From the NCBI GenBank assembly GCA_964503955.1, contig CAZDCG010000002.1, positions 77,047 to 141,046 on the forward strand: 64,000 nt of DNA, written 5' to 3'. The position numbers and the translations under genes are program-made. This DNA is from an uncultured Gammaproteobacteria bacterium (GTDB lineage Bacteria; Patescibacteriota; Patescibacteriia; VMEV01; CAYQCH01). This document shows, one piece after another, positions 39,099 to 48,215 of this stretch. The stretch's first letter is position 1; the number at the start of each line of letters is the position of its first letter. Under the pieces are notes generated by a model. That model was not told the origin of the DNA, did no database searches, and worked only from the letters and a program-made list of their open reading frames with translations.

Positions 39099-39650
39099 AT
39101 GCCTACCAAACAAGCAGAAGCTCGACAAAGTGAAAAAAAGCAAGACAAGCGTCGAACCGCGGGGCGAGGTTTTCGCCGTGCTCCTCGAGAAGAATCTGAA
39201 TTCGACCAGAAAATTATCGACGTTGCGCGTGTAACCCGCGTTACAGAAGGTGGTAAGCAGATGAGCTTTCGCGCGACCGTCGCGATTGGTGACAAAAAAG
39301 GACGCGTAGGGATGGGTACAGGAAAAGGCCTTGATGTGACCAGCGCGATCAACAAAGCCGTCAACCGCGCGAAGAAGGATATGGTTGTGGTTCCGCTCGA
39401 CAAAGTCGGGACGATTCCTCATGACATCAAGCAGAAATTCGGCAGCGCGAAAGTCGGTATGCGCCCGGCTCCAAAGGGAACGGGAATCATTGCCGGCGGC
39501 GTGATGCGCATGATTTTTGAACTTGCCGGCGTGCGTAATGTCACCGCCAAAATGTACGGTTCAAAGAATAAGATCAACAATTCAAAGGCAACCATTGATG
39601 CTCTCCGGCAACTTGAAACCCTGCAAACGCGGGAGCTCAAGCGGTCATAG
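39099..39650 (+). CDS. rpsE: 30S ribosomal protein S5
   Basis: Motifs RVT.V..GG...SF.A.V..GD..G.VG and PA..GTGIIAGG. Confidence 0.97.
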   Translation: MPTKQAEARQSEKKQDKRRTAGRGFRRAPREESEFDQKIIDVARVTRVTEGGKQMSFRATVAIGDKKGRVGMGTGKGLDVTSAINKAVNRAKKDMVVVPLDKVGTIPHDIKQKFGSAKVGMRPAPKGTGIIAGGVMRMIFELAGVRNVTAKMYGSKNKINNSKATIDALRQLETLQTRELKRS

Positions 39651-39666
39651 TAAGTAACAACACCGT

Positions 39667-40128
39667 ATGTCTCTTTCACTCAACAATTTAAAAGCTCCTC
39701 ACCGAGATGCGAAAAGAAAGCGCGTGCGCGTGGGCCGTGGGAACGCTTCCGGTATCGGTACCTATTCAGGACGCGGTATCAAAGGACAGAAGTCTCGTTC
39801 CGGTGTAGGCGGTCTTAAGATCAAAGGGCTGCGCCGCCGTCTTCTTCAGATTCCTAAATTGAGAGGGTTTACCGGTCCAAAAGATCGAAAATTCTCCCGC
39901 GGACATTTAGCGGAAGTCAATCTCAGCCAGCTTGAAGCTGCCTTTGAAGCGAACGCAATCGTTTCTCCAAAGAGCCTCACCAACAAACAGCTTATTCAGT
40001 CTCCTCGGCATGGAGTGAAGATTCTTGGCGAAGGCAATGTTTCAAAGCCGTTTATCGTGCGCAAATGCCATGTTTCTGCTTCTGCGAAGGAAAAAATCGA
40101 GAAAGCAGGAGGCAAAATCGAATCATAA
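39667..40128 (+). CDS. rplO: 50S ribosomal protein L15
   Basis: Motifs RVGRG..SG.G..SGRG.KGQKSRSG, VKILG.G and S.SA.EKIEKAGG. Confidence 0.97.
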   Translation: MSLSLNNLKAPHRDAKRKRVRVGRGNASGIGTYSGRGIKGQKSRSGVGGLKIKGLRRRLLQIPKLRGFTGPKDRKFSRGHLAEVNLSQLEAAFEANAIVSPKSLTNKQLIQSPRHGVKILGEGNVSKPFIVRKCHVSASAKEKIEKAGGKIES

Positions 40129-40140
40129 CCTATTTCCTTT

Positions 40141-41406
40141 ATGGGGAAGCTTAGGCAGGTCCTGCAAGTCAGAGAACTGAGAAACAGCATTCTGATCATT
40201 CTTGGAATCTTGTTTATTTACCGTCTTCTCGCGCATATTCCGATTCCGGGAGTAAACGCGGAAAATTTGGCGGCCTTTTTTGCTTCTAACCAGCTCCTCG
40301 GGTTAGTAAACTTGTTTTCCGGAGGCGGTTTGCAGAGTTTTTCTTTGGCTGCACTTGGTGTGGCGCCATACATTACCGCGTCGATTATCTTTCAGCTGCT
40401 GGTAATGATTGTTCCTCGATTCGAAGAAATTCAGAAAGAAGGCGAATCAGGGCAGCAGAGAATCAACCGCTGGACGCGCTGGGCATCCGTGCCTTTGGCA
40501 TTCATTCAGGCATTCAGCTTTATCACTCTGATCAGACAGCAGTCTCAGTTTGACATTGCCGGCGCCATGACTCCGGCTCAGATCATTGTTGCTATGATCG
40601 CCATGACGGCCGGCAGCGTATTCTTGATGTGGCTTGGAGAGCTGATCTCGGAGCGCAATATGGGAAATGGTATTTCAATCATGATTTTTGCCGGTATCGT
40701 GGCGGGATTGCCGACCATTTTGCAGCAGACCATCCTGACATTTGACCAGTCGCAGATTTTTAATATCATCATCTTTGCGGCGATCACGATGATCACGATC
40801 GTTGCGATTGTGTTCATGACCGAAGGGCAGCGCAATGTTCCAGTCTCGTACGCCCGGGTGACCCGCACAGGCCAGAACGTGGATTCGCATCTGCCGATCC
40901 GCGTGAATATTGCCGGCGTGATCCCGATCATCTTCGCCATTTCCGTTATTCTCTTCCCACCGACCCTGGCGCAGTTTTTGATCAGCGCGCAGAGCCCGGC
41001 CGTGGTGAATGCCGCAAACTGGGTGATTAACCTGTTCAACAATACGCTGTTCTACGGAATCATCTATTTTGCTTCTGTTGTCTTGTTTACATTCTTCTAT
41101 ACGTCGGTTGTCTTCAAACCTGATCAGATCGCTGAGAATCTGCAGAAACAGGGGGCGTTCATTCCCGGCATCCGCCCAGGGAAGCCGACGGAAGAGTATC
41201 TCCAATTTGTCGTAAACCGCGTTGTGCTTGCCGGAGCATTATTCCTGGGCGCTGTTGCCGTGCTCCCGTTGATTGTTCAGGAATTCACCGGACTGCAAAC
41301 GCTCGTCGTTGGCGGAACCAGCATCTTGATCGTTGTCGCCGTTGTGATCGACATTGTTCAGCAGATCAATGCGCAGTTGACCATGCGGGATTACGATAGT
41401 CTCTAA
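40141..41406 (+). CDS. secY: Preprotein translocase subunit SecY
   Basis: Motifs HIP.PG, LGV.PYITASII, GNGIS..I, AGVIPIIFA, FIPGIRPG..T and GGTS.LI.V. Confidence 0.98.
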   Translation: MGKLRQVLQVRELRNSILIILGILFIYRLLAHIPIPGVNAENLAAFFASNQLLGLVNLFSGGGLQSFSLAALGVAPYITASIIFQLLVMIVPRFEEIQKEGESGQQRINRWTRWASVPLAFIQAFSFITLIRQQSQFDIAGAMTPAQIIVAMIAMTAGSVFLMWLGELISERNMGNGISIMIFAGIVAGLPTILQQTILTFDQSQIFNIIIFAAITMITIVAIVFMTEGQRNVPVSYARVTRTGQNVDSHLPIRVNIAGVIPIIFAISVILFPPTLAQFLISAQSPAVVNAANWVINLFNNTLFYGIIYFASVVLFTFFYTSVVFKPDQIAENLQKQGAFIPGIRPGKPTEEYLQFVVNRVVLAGALFLGAVAVLPLIVQEFTGLQTLVVGGTSILIVVAVVIDIVQQINAQLTMRDYDSL

Positions 41407-41430
41407 TATCTCAGCCAAACCTTGCATCGT

Positions 41431-41456
41431 AAAAGAGCCCTTGAGGGGCTCTTTTT
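41431..41456. terminator. Bidirectional terminator after secY
   Basis: AAAAGAGCCC-ttgag-GGGCTCTTTT. Confidence 0.8.
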
Positions 41457-41500
41457 GGTCGTCAGAAATGTTCTCAGTTTTCAGTCGTATCACTATCAAC

Positions 41501-42865
41501 CTATTTCACCCAGACGGTCTTGATATTGACGAATTCCTTGATGCCGTAATGAGACAATTCTCTGCCAAATCCGGATTTCTTGATTCCACCAAAAGGCAGC
41601 CGGGGATCTGATTTCACCATCCCATTGATGAAGACGGAACCAGCCTCAATGCGCGCGGCCATATTCTGAGCTCGTTCAATATCTTTTGTCCAGATTGAGG
41701 CGCCAAGGCCGAATTGGGAATTGTTTGCAACCTGTATCGCTTCTTCTTCATCTTTGACGATAATCACCGAAGCCACGGGACCAAAAATTTCCTGTTCATA
41801 GGCTGGCATTCCAGGGACTAAATCCTTGAGAATGGTCGGCGCATAATAAGCGCCAGGCAAATCAGGGATGCTTGCTCCGGTAACGGCGGTTGCGCCCATG
41901 GAAATGGATTGTTTGACCTGTTCGGCGACTTCGTCGCGGATTTTCTCTGTTGCCAGCGGTCCGATATTTGTGGATTCATCCATGGGATTGCCGACAATAG
42001 CGGACTCAAATTTCGCTTTAAAGGCAGCCACAAACTCCTCCGCGACTGATTCGACGAGGATAAACCGCTTGGCGGCAATACAGCTTTGTCCTGTATTCTG
42101 CAGGCGAGCGGTTGCGGCCGTGTCGCTGGCAAGTGCAAGCTCGGCATCTTCAAGAACGATAAACGGATCAGATCCGCCAAGTTCCAGAACACTCTTTTTG
42201 ATCGATTTGCCTGAAAGCATGGCAACTTGCGATCCGGCAAATTCGGAACCAGTGAGCGTGGTGGCTTTCACACGATCATCCTGGATGAGCGTTTCCACTT
42301 TTGATGATGAAATCAGGAGAGATTGAAAAGCGCCTTTTGGAAAACCGGCTTCTTCAAAAATCTCCTGAATAGCCAGGGCGGACTGGGGGACATTGGATGC
42401 ATGTTTGAGGATGCATACATTTCCCGCCATGAGCGCTGGAGCGGCAAATCGAAAGACCTGCCAGAATGGGAAATTCCAGGGCATGACGGCAAGGATAATG
42501 CCGAGCGGATCAAAACGCACATAGGAGCTGGAAGCATCTGTCTCAATGATTTCCTTGGCAAGCATCGCTTCGGCTTCCTGCGCGTAGTATTCGCAGACCC
42601 AGGCGCATTTCGCCACCTCGGCCTGTGCCTGCTTGATGGGCTTTCCCATTTCACGCGTGATAATTTCTCCGTATTTTCGGGCATCACGCTTAAGGATTTC
42701 CGCGGCTTTGAGCAGACGTTCTTTTCGATGCGCAAACGATGTTCTTCTCCATTCTTCATGGATGGATTGCGCTCGTGCAAGCATTTCTTCCACCTGCTGG
42801 TCTGAATATTCCTCAAAGGTTTTGATGATTTCTCCGGTTGCCGGATTTAAGGATTGAATAGACAT
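41501..42865 (-). CDS. NAD(P)-dependent succinate-semialdehyde dehydrogenase (SsaD/Sad type aldehyde dehydrogenase)
   Basis: Motifs MPWNFPFWQVFRF.APAL.AGN..LKHASNVP, LELGGSDP, GQSCIAAKR and SDPRLPFGG.K.SG.GREL. Confidence 0.88.
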   Translation of the reverse strand: MSIQSLNPATGEIIKTFEEYSDQQVEEMLARAQSIHEEWRRTSFAHRKERLLKAAEILKRDARKYGEIITREMGKPIKQAQAEVAKCAWVCEYYAQEAEAMLAKEIIETDASSSYVRFDPLGIILAVMPWNFPFWQVFRFAAPALMAGNVCILKHASNVPQSALAIQEIFEEAGFPKGAFQSLLISSSKVETLIQDDRVKATTLTGSEFAGSQVAMLSGKSIKKSVLELGGSDPFIVLEDAELALASDTAATARLQNTGQSCIAAKRFILVESVAEEFVAAFKAKFESAIVGNPMDESTNIGPLATEKIRDEVAEQVKQSISMGATAVTGASIPDLPGAYYAPTILKDLVPGMPAYEQEIFGPVASVIIVKDEEEAIQVANNSQFGLGASIWTKDIERAQNMAARIEAGSVFINGMVKSDPRLPFGGIKKSGFGRELSHYGIKEFVNIKTVWVK

Positions 42866-42881
42866 AAAGATGGTATTAATG

Positions 42882-44543
42882 TCACGCTGGCAAAAGAACA
42901 GGCTCGATTTCGCATGTAAGTCTCTTTAATTCATCGGTAAAGACTTTCTGATTTTCCGTATAGTCAACGGGGATCTCGATGAGATGTACGCCTCCTTGCG
43001 ATTGTGCTTTCTTGACGAGTTCAACCAACTGGCCAGCCTCTTCCACTCGATGGCCTTTCGCGCCATAGCTTTGCGCATAGGCGACAAAATCGGGATTGCC
43101 ATAATCAAGCCCGAAATTTCCATATCCCATGCCGGATTGTTTCCATTTAATCATGCCGTATCCGCTGTCATTGACCACAAGAATGACAAGATCAAGTCCC
43201 AGCCGGATTGCGGTTTCAAGCTCCTGAGAATTCATCATAAAGCCTCCGTCGCCGGCCACCACAACAACCTGGCGTTCGGGCATGACAAGCTTGGCAGCAA
43301 TTCCGGACGGCAAACCTGCTCCCATGGTGGCTAATGCATTGTCAAGCAGCAGGGTATTTGGCTGGTGCGCCTGATAGTGGCGGGCAAACCAGAGCTTGTA
43401 CATGCCATTATCCAGGCAGAGAATGCCGTCGCTTGGCATGATTTTTCTCAGATCCGCAACAATGCGCTGCGGTTTGAGCGGGAAGGACATGTCATCATCA
43501 GATTCGTGGATGTGTTGATCAAGCCGCTTTTTGATTGCCAGAAAATATTCGAAATCCCAATGCGGCTGAGGTTGCAGGCGTTCGCACAGCTGCCAGATCG
43601 TATTGCCGATATCGCCAATGACTTCGTGCTGAGGGAAATAGACTTCGTCAATTTGCGCAGGAAAGAAGTTAATGTGAATCACTTTCGGCCCGCCCTCCTT
43701 CATGATAAAGGGCGGTTTTTCAATCACGTCATGGCCCACATTGATGATAAGATCCGCCTTTTCAATGGCGCAGTGTACAAAGTCTCGCGCGGAGAGCGCC
43801 GCCGTTCCAATAAAGCGTTCATGCCGTTCATCAACCACGCCTTTGCCCATTTGCGTATTCACAAAAGGAATGCCCATTTTATCGACAAAACGAGTGAGCA
43901 TTTTATGCGTGATTTTACGATTTGCGCCGGCTCCGACAAGAATCAGCGGATGTTTTGCCTGTTCAATCATTTCAATGGCCTGTTTCACCGCTTTTTCTTC
44001 CGCGATCGGCCTTCGGGTTTCTGTTCTGGTGTAAGGAACGGACACGGTCTCTTCCTGGGCGATATCTTCGGGAAGCTCAAGGTGAACCGGACCCGGGCGT
44101 TCCCGCTCCGCTGTGCTGAATGCATCACGGACCATGGAAGGAATGCGGTTTCCGCTGACAATCACTCTGCTGAGCTGGGTGAGCGGCCGCATAATGGTGA
44201 CAGTATCGATAATCTGAAAATGACCTTGCTTGCTGGATTTAATCGGTTTCTGGCCGGTAATCATCATCATGGGCATGGCTCCAAGTTTCGCGTAGGCCGC
44301 CGAGGTGGCAAAATTCGTGGCTCCCGGTCCCAAGGTGGAGAGGCAGACACCGGCTTTGCCGGTCAGCCGCCCAATGGTTGCGGCCATGAAGCCCGCGGAC
44401 TGTTCATGCCTGGTTACAATGAGTTTGATCTTTGAATCGCGCAAGGATTCAAGGAGATCGAGGTTTTCCTCCCCGGGCACTCCAAAAATATATTCAACGC
44501 CCTCGTTTTCAAGAGATTTTACAAAAAGATCGGATGCTTTCAT
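42882..44543 (-). CDS. ThDP-dependent enzyme of the 'acetolactate synthase large subunit' / 2-oxoglutarate decarboxylase-like family
   Basis: Motifs ENEGVEYIFG.PGEENL, RHEQ, STLGPGATN, LDN.LATMGAGLP and GDGGFMMNSQELET. Confidence 0.85.
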   Translation of the reverse strand: MKASDLFVKSLENEGVEYIFGVPGEENLDLLESLRDSKIKLIVTRHEQSAGFMAATIGRLTGKAGVCLSTLGPGATNFATSAAYAKLGAMPMMMITGQKPIKSSKQGHFQIIDTVTIMRPLTQLSRVIVSGNRIPSMVRDAFSTAERERPGPVHLELPEDIAQEETVSVPYTRTETRRPIAEEKAVKQAIEMIEQAKHPLILVGAGANRKITHKMLTRFVDKMGIPFVNTQMGKGVVDERHERFIGTAALSARDFVHCAIEKADLIINVGHDVIEKPPFIMKEGGPKVIHINFFPAQIDEVYFPQHEVIGDIGNTIWQLCERLQPQPHWDFEYFLAIKKRLDQHIHESDDDMSFPLKPQRIVADLRKIMPSDGILCLDNGMYKLWFARHYQAHQPNTLLLDNALATMGAGLPSGIAAKLVMPERQVVVVAGDGGFMMNSQELETAIRLGLDLVILVVNDSGYGMIKWKQSGMGYGNFGLDYGNPDFVAYAQSYGAKGHRVEEAGQLVELVKKAQSQGGVHLIEIPVDYTENQKVFTDELKRLTCEIEPVLLPA

Positions 44544-44719
44544 ACGACGGGGTTAATGGTTATAAGATTCCATTGTACTCGCAATTTCACGAAATGAACA
44601 ATATCGCATGATCACTGCATAGAATGTCTTCACGTGAAAGGTGGAGAAAAATAATACAACAGACAGGATTGATTATCCCACTGATTTGCATTAGGGTAGT
44701 TGAGGACCATGGAGGGAAA

Positions 44720-45340
44720 ATGGAATACGGTAAAGATGATCTGAATGACCGGATTCGTCTGAAGCAGACGAACCTGAAGAAGCTGCTGCTCGCCGCCGCG
44801 CTTGGCGACGAGGAAGCCAGAGCATTTCTTACCCGCGAGACGGCGGTTCAGGTGCCGGACAAGGATCTGGGGTTGCGGGAGCTTGGTCAGGTGGCGCTTG
44901 AGTGCTCTACGCCAACATGGATGCGTTTGGCTCTTGTCTGTGCGGAGGCTCAGTTCAAGCTTCTGCCTGGCTGCCTGAAGCGCGGGTGCCGCGAGATGAT
45001 TGACCAGGCGCATGCCTGCCTGGCCGTGCCATCCGATGATGAGCGGATCAAGCGTCTGCGCCGCCTGCGATGCAAGGTCGGAGACAAGCATGTCTGGTGG
45101 CTTGGGAACAGGTATGACGGCTCCGAGAAAGCCCGCCGCGAGGCAGAGGTCTTCATGGGAATCGGGCTAGGTATTACCTGCGTGCTGGAAAACCTCGGCA
45201 AGCGCACTGCATTCCTGATCGCTACGCCCGATCTGATTTTGCAGTACGTAGACACGAATCGGGGGCATGCGCAGTTCTTCCGCCTTGCAAAGCGGGATTT
45301 CATTCCCTGGCTGAAGGGCAATTGGCCCGAGTTCGCATGA
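44720..45340 (+). CDS. Hypothetical orphan protein
   Basis: GGAGGG SD before ATG 44720 and a hairpin at about 45363-45397. Confidence 0.55.
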   Translation: MEYGKDDLNDRIRLKQTNLKKLLLAAALGDEEARAFLTRETAVQVPDKDLGLRELGQVALECSTPTWMRLALVCAEAQFKLLPGCLKRGCREMIDQAHACLAVPSDDERIKRLRRLRCKVGDKHVWWLGNRYDGSEKARREAEVFMGIGLGITCVLENLGKRTAFLIATPDLILQYVDTNRGHAQFFRLAKRDFIPWLKGNWPEFA

Positions 45341-45487
45341 CAACGAGGAGGGTGATGGATATGGAGCCGTTGAGTCCCGCTCGGGGATTCCGGCTCCTCT
45401 TTGTTCTAGCGGAAAAATTGCCTAAAAGGCTCAAAAAAGCTATAGTCCTACTTGCACTCTGGATTAACGCAAATCCGTATTTTGATT

Positions 45488-46141
45488 ATGCAAAGACCAA
45501 CCTTGATTCTGATGGGTTCAGCCGGTTCCGGAAAAGGGACGCAAAGTGAACTATTGCAAGAACAATTAGGGTATCATGTCGTGGAGGCCGGAGCGATTTT
45601 CCGCAAAACCGCGCAAATGGACACGCCGATCGGGCGCAAAGTCAAAGAGATCAACGATTCAGGCGGACATGCGTCGGACGAATTGATCACCGAGTTGATG
45701 ACCGGTTACATCAAAGAAGTCCCAAAAGAGGAACCATTGCTGATTGACGGTTATCCGCGAACGGTCGGGCAGGCGGATATGCTCAAGGATTTGCTCGCGC
45801 AAGCCGAGCGCGATCCCGAGCAGCATCTTGCCGTTTGGATCCGTGTCAGCCGCCAAGAAGCGGAACGACGGCTATTGAACCGTTCGCAGTGCACGGTCTG
45901 TAAAACGATCTTCATGAGACGCGATATTGAAACCTGTCCGCATTGCAACGGCGAAGTGAAGCCTCGCGATTATGACCGCCCCGAAGCGATTGCCAAGCGG
46001 CTCGACTTCTACGAAGAACAAACCATGCCCATGATTGACCAGTACAGGGAGCAGGGACGTTTGCTCGAGATCAACGGTGAACAGGAAGTGGCGCATGTCT
46101 TTGAAGAAATCAAAAAGAAACTTAAAGAAAGCCTCTCTTAA
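45488..46141 (+). CDS. adk: Adenylate kinase (short Zn-binding lid)
   Basis: Motifs G..GSGKGTQ, DGYPRT..QA, CTVC...CPHC and R.YD..E.I..RL..Y. Confidence 0.9.
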   Translation: MQRPTLILMGSAGSGKGTQSELLQEQLGYHVVEAGAIFRKTAQMDTPIGRKVKEINDSGGHASDELITELMTGYIKEVPKEEPLLIDGYPRTVGQADMLKDLLAQAERDPEQHLAVWIRVSRQEAERRLLNRSQCTVCKTIFMRRDIETCPHCNGEVKPRDYDRPEAIAKRLDFYEEQTMPMIDQYREQGRLLEINGEQEVAHVFEEIKKKLKESLS

Positions 46142-46150
46142 TTGTTTGTC

Positions 46151-46939
46151 ATGGTTATCGTAAAAACCCCCGAACAGATTGAAGGGATCAGAAAGAGCTG
46201 CCGGCTTCTTGCCCATGTCATGGAGCAGCTGGTCCGCATGGTAAAACCCGGCATCACAACCGGTGATCTTGATCGTGAAGCGGAGCGGCTGATCCGCGAA
46301 GGCGGGGGCAAACCTGCGTTTAAAGGGTATCAATCTGCTCCTTCAGGCGTGCCATTTCCATCATCCGTCTGCACATCAGTCAATGATATCGTTGTTCATG
46401 GCATTGCTAATGAGTACGAGTTAAAGGAGGGCGATCTTATCGGTCTTGACTGCGGTGTGAACCTGAATGGGTATTTTTCGGATATGGCAAGAACCGTGGC
46501 GGTTGGATCCGTGGATGCGCATAAGCAAAAGTTGATTGATGTGGCTAAGCACTCTTTGGACAAGGGGATTGATCAGATCCGGCCGGGCAAGTCTATTCGA
46601 GCTATTTCGCAAGCGATTGAGAATGCGATTGTGCCTCATAACTTCGGCATTGTTCGAGGGTTTGCTGGGCACGGGGTGGGGCTTCAGGTGCATGAGGATC
46701 CATGGATTCCAAATTACGTTTCAGAAGAGCTGGAAGATGATCTTAACTTTGTTATGCAGCCTGGCCATGTATTTGCCATCGAACCCATGATCACCGATGG
46801 TGAGGAAGACGTACAGATTTTAAGCGATGGATGGTCCGTGCAGACCGTAGACGGCTCATTGAGCGCGCATTTTGAAGACACGGTCTTAGTTACTGAAAAT
46901 GGGCACGAAGTACTTACTAGATTAAGCGAGATTCGCTAG
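46151..46939 (+). CDS. map: Methionine aminopeptidase type I
   Basis: Motifs CTSVN..VVHGI, D.G...G..SD.ART, GHGVG...HEDP, IEPM and SAHFE.T. Confidence 0.95.
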   Translation: MVIVKTPEQIEGIRKSCRLLAHVMEQLVRMVKPGITTGDLDREAERLIREGGGKPAFKGYQSAPSGVPFPSSVCTSVNDIVVHGIANEYELKEGDLIGLDCGVNLNGYFSDMARTVAVGSVDAHKQKLIDVAKHSLDKGIDQIRPGKSIRAISQAIENAIVPHNFGIVRGFAGHGVGLQVHEDPWIPNYVSEELEDDLNFVMQPGHVFAIEPMITDGEEDVQILSDGWSVQTVDGSLSAHFEDTVLVTENGHEVLTRLSEIR

Positions 46940-47002
46940 ATCCCCAGAGATGAATGCGCGCGAATTTAGCTAATCAAGTGAGTCTAGCAAGTCTAAGATA
47001 CT

Positions 47003-47416
47003 ATGCGATATCTCGGTATTGATTACGGTTCCTCATATATAGGGCTTGCGGTCGGGGATAATGAAAGTTTTTTTGCCGTCCCGATGGACACGATCAGGGA
47101 AAAGGATCTTGAACGCCAGCTCGCGTCGGTAGTTCAAGTAGTGATGGATGAGGAAATCAACCATATCGTCGTCGGGTATCCACTTACGCTTGAAGGAGGA
47201 CAGTCTGAGCAGACATCGCGGATCCTTGATTTTATAGAGGAGCTTTCAGGAAGAGTGAGCGTGCCGGTCGAGAAAGAGGATGAACGTTTGACTTCTGCGT
47301 TCGCGCAGTCATTGAAGCAGGATTATAACGGCGGCGCTCATGACGAGCATGCGCTGGCGGCTGCCGCCATTCTGCAGACCTACCTGGATCGCAAACGCAA
47401 TCAGCATGACGTATAA
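47003..47416 (+). CDS. ruvX: YqgF/RuvX family nuclease (pre-16S rRNA processing)
   Basis: Motifs LGIDYG...IGLAV.D, VVG.P, DERLTS and D..AA..ILQ.YLD. Confidence 0.9.
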   Translation: MRYLGIDYGSSYIGLAVGDNESFFAVPMDTIREKDLERQLASVVQVVMDEEINHIVVGYPLTLEGGQSEQTSRILDFIEELSGRVSVPVEKEDERLTSAFAQSLKQDYNGGAHDEHALAAAAILQTYLDRKRNQHDV

Positions 47417-48197
47417 AAGCCGGGCCATTGTGTTAAAGTCATATGCATGGCCGCGCAATGCGCGGTTGTATGTTTTGTATACGGAGCGGTTCGGCAAAGT
47501 GAAAGCAGTGGCGTCGGGAGTGCAAAAAGTGACAAGCAAAGTAGCCGGACATCTGCAGCCATTTTCGATTACGGAAGCCATGATTGCACAGGGGCGGAAG
47601 TTCGACCGTCTTGCGCAGGCCAGATTTATGCGGGGATTTACGGGGGTGCACCGCGATTTTCTTTCCTTCGCGCAGGGTTCCTATGTGCTCGAGATTTTGG
47701 ATCATCTTACAAGCGAGGGGGTCGCGGATCAGGTAATTTGGGATTATACGCTTGAGGTGTTTGACCAGCTGAATGAACAAAGTGCCTGGGCGGATGAAGC
47801 GGATGTTGATCTGCAGGAGAAAAAAACGTATCTGACGAGATTGTATGCGCTTCGTTTGCTCAATCATTTTGGATTCGGGCCGGAGCTGTATGAATGCCTG
47901 CATTGCCGAAACGAGCTTCAACCGGACGAGCTTCATCTCAGTGTCTTGCAGAGCGGAATGCTTTGCGGAGCATGCGGCCCTTCTTCCACTGATACCATGC
48001 GCGTCTCCGTGGATCTCTTAAAAATGCTGCGGGCAGCCCGCAATCAACCTCTTCGCGATGCGGCCAAAATTTCTGTGGCACCAGACATCCGCGCGCAATG
48101 CGGACAAATTATCGATGAGTTGATGATGCTTCAGACGCAGCGATCTTTGCGAACGGCTGTCTTTGCTCCTGTTAAAAAGGCGCCTTCTTTCGTATAA
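47406..48197 (+). CDS. recO: DNA repair protein RecO
   Basis: Motifs AIVL, .YT...GK...VA.G....SK..G.LQPF and Zn finger C..C...C..C. Confidence 0.88.
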   Translation: MTYKSRAIVLKSYAWPRNARLYVLYTERFGKVKAVASGVQKVTSKVAGHLQPFSITEAMIAQGRKFDRLAQARFMRGFTGVHRDFLSFAQGSYVLEILDHLTSEGVADQVIWDYTLEVFDQLNEQSAWADEADVDLQEKKTYLTRLYALRLLNHFGFGPELYECLHCRNELQPDELHLSVLQSGMLCGACGPSSTDTMRVSVDLLKMLRAARNQPLRDAAKISVAPDIRAQCGQIIDELMMLQTQRSLRTAVFAPVKKAPSFV

Positions 48198-48215
48198 TGA
48201 ACCAAACATTACCGT

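Noticed and set aside
38424-44435. Long antisense ORFs (38424-39422, 43365-44435 and similar)
   Set aside because: They lie opposite well-supported conserved genes and show no independent signals.
45363-45372. GGAGCCGTTG identical to the tRNA-Thr 5' flank, as a possible att site
   Set aside because: The match is only 10 bp, lies 42 kb away, and is explained as part of a local hairpin.
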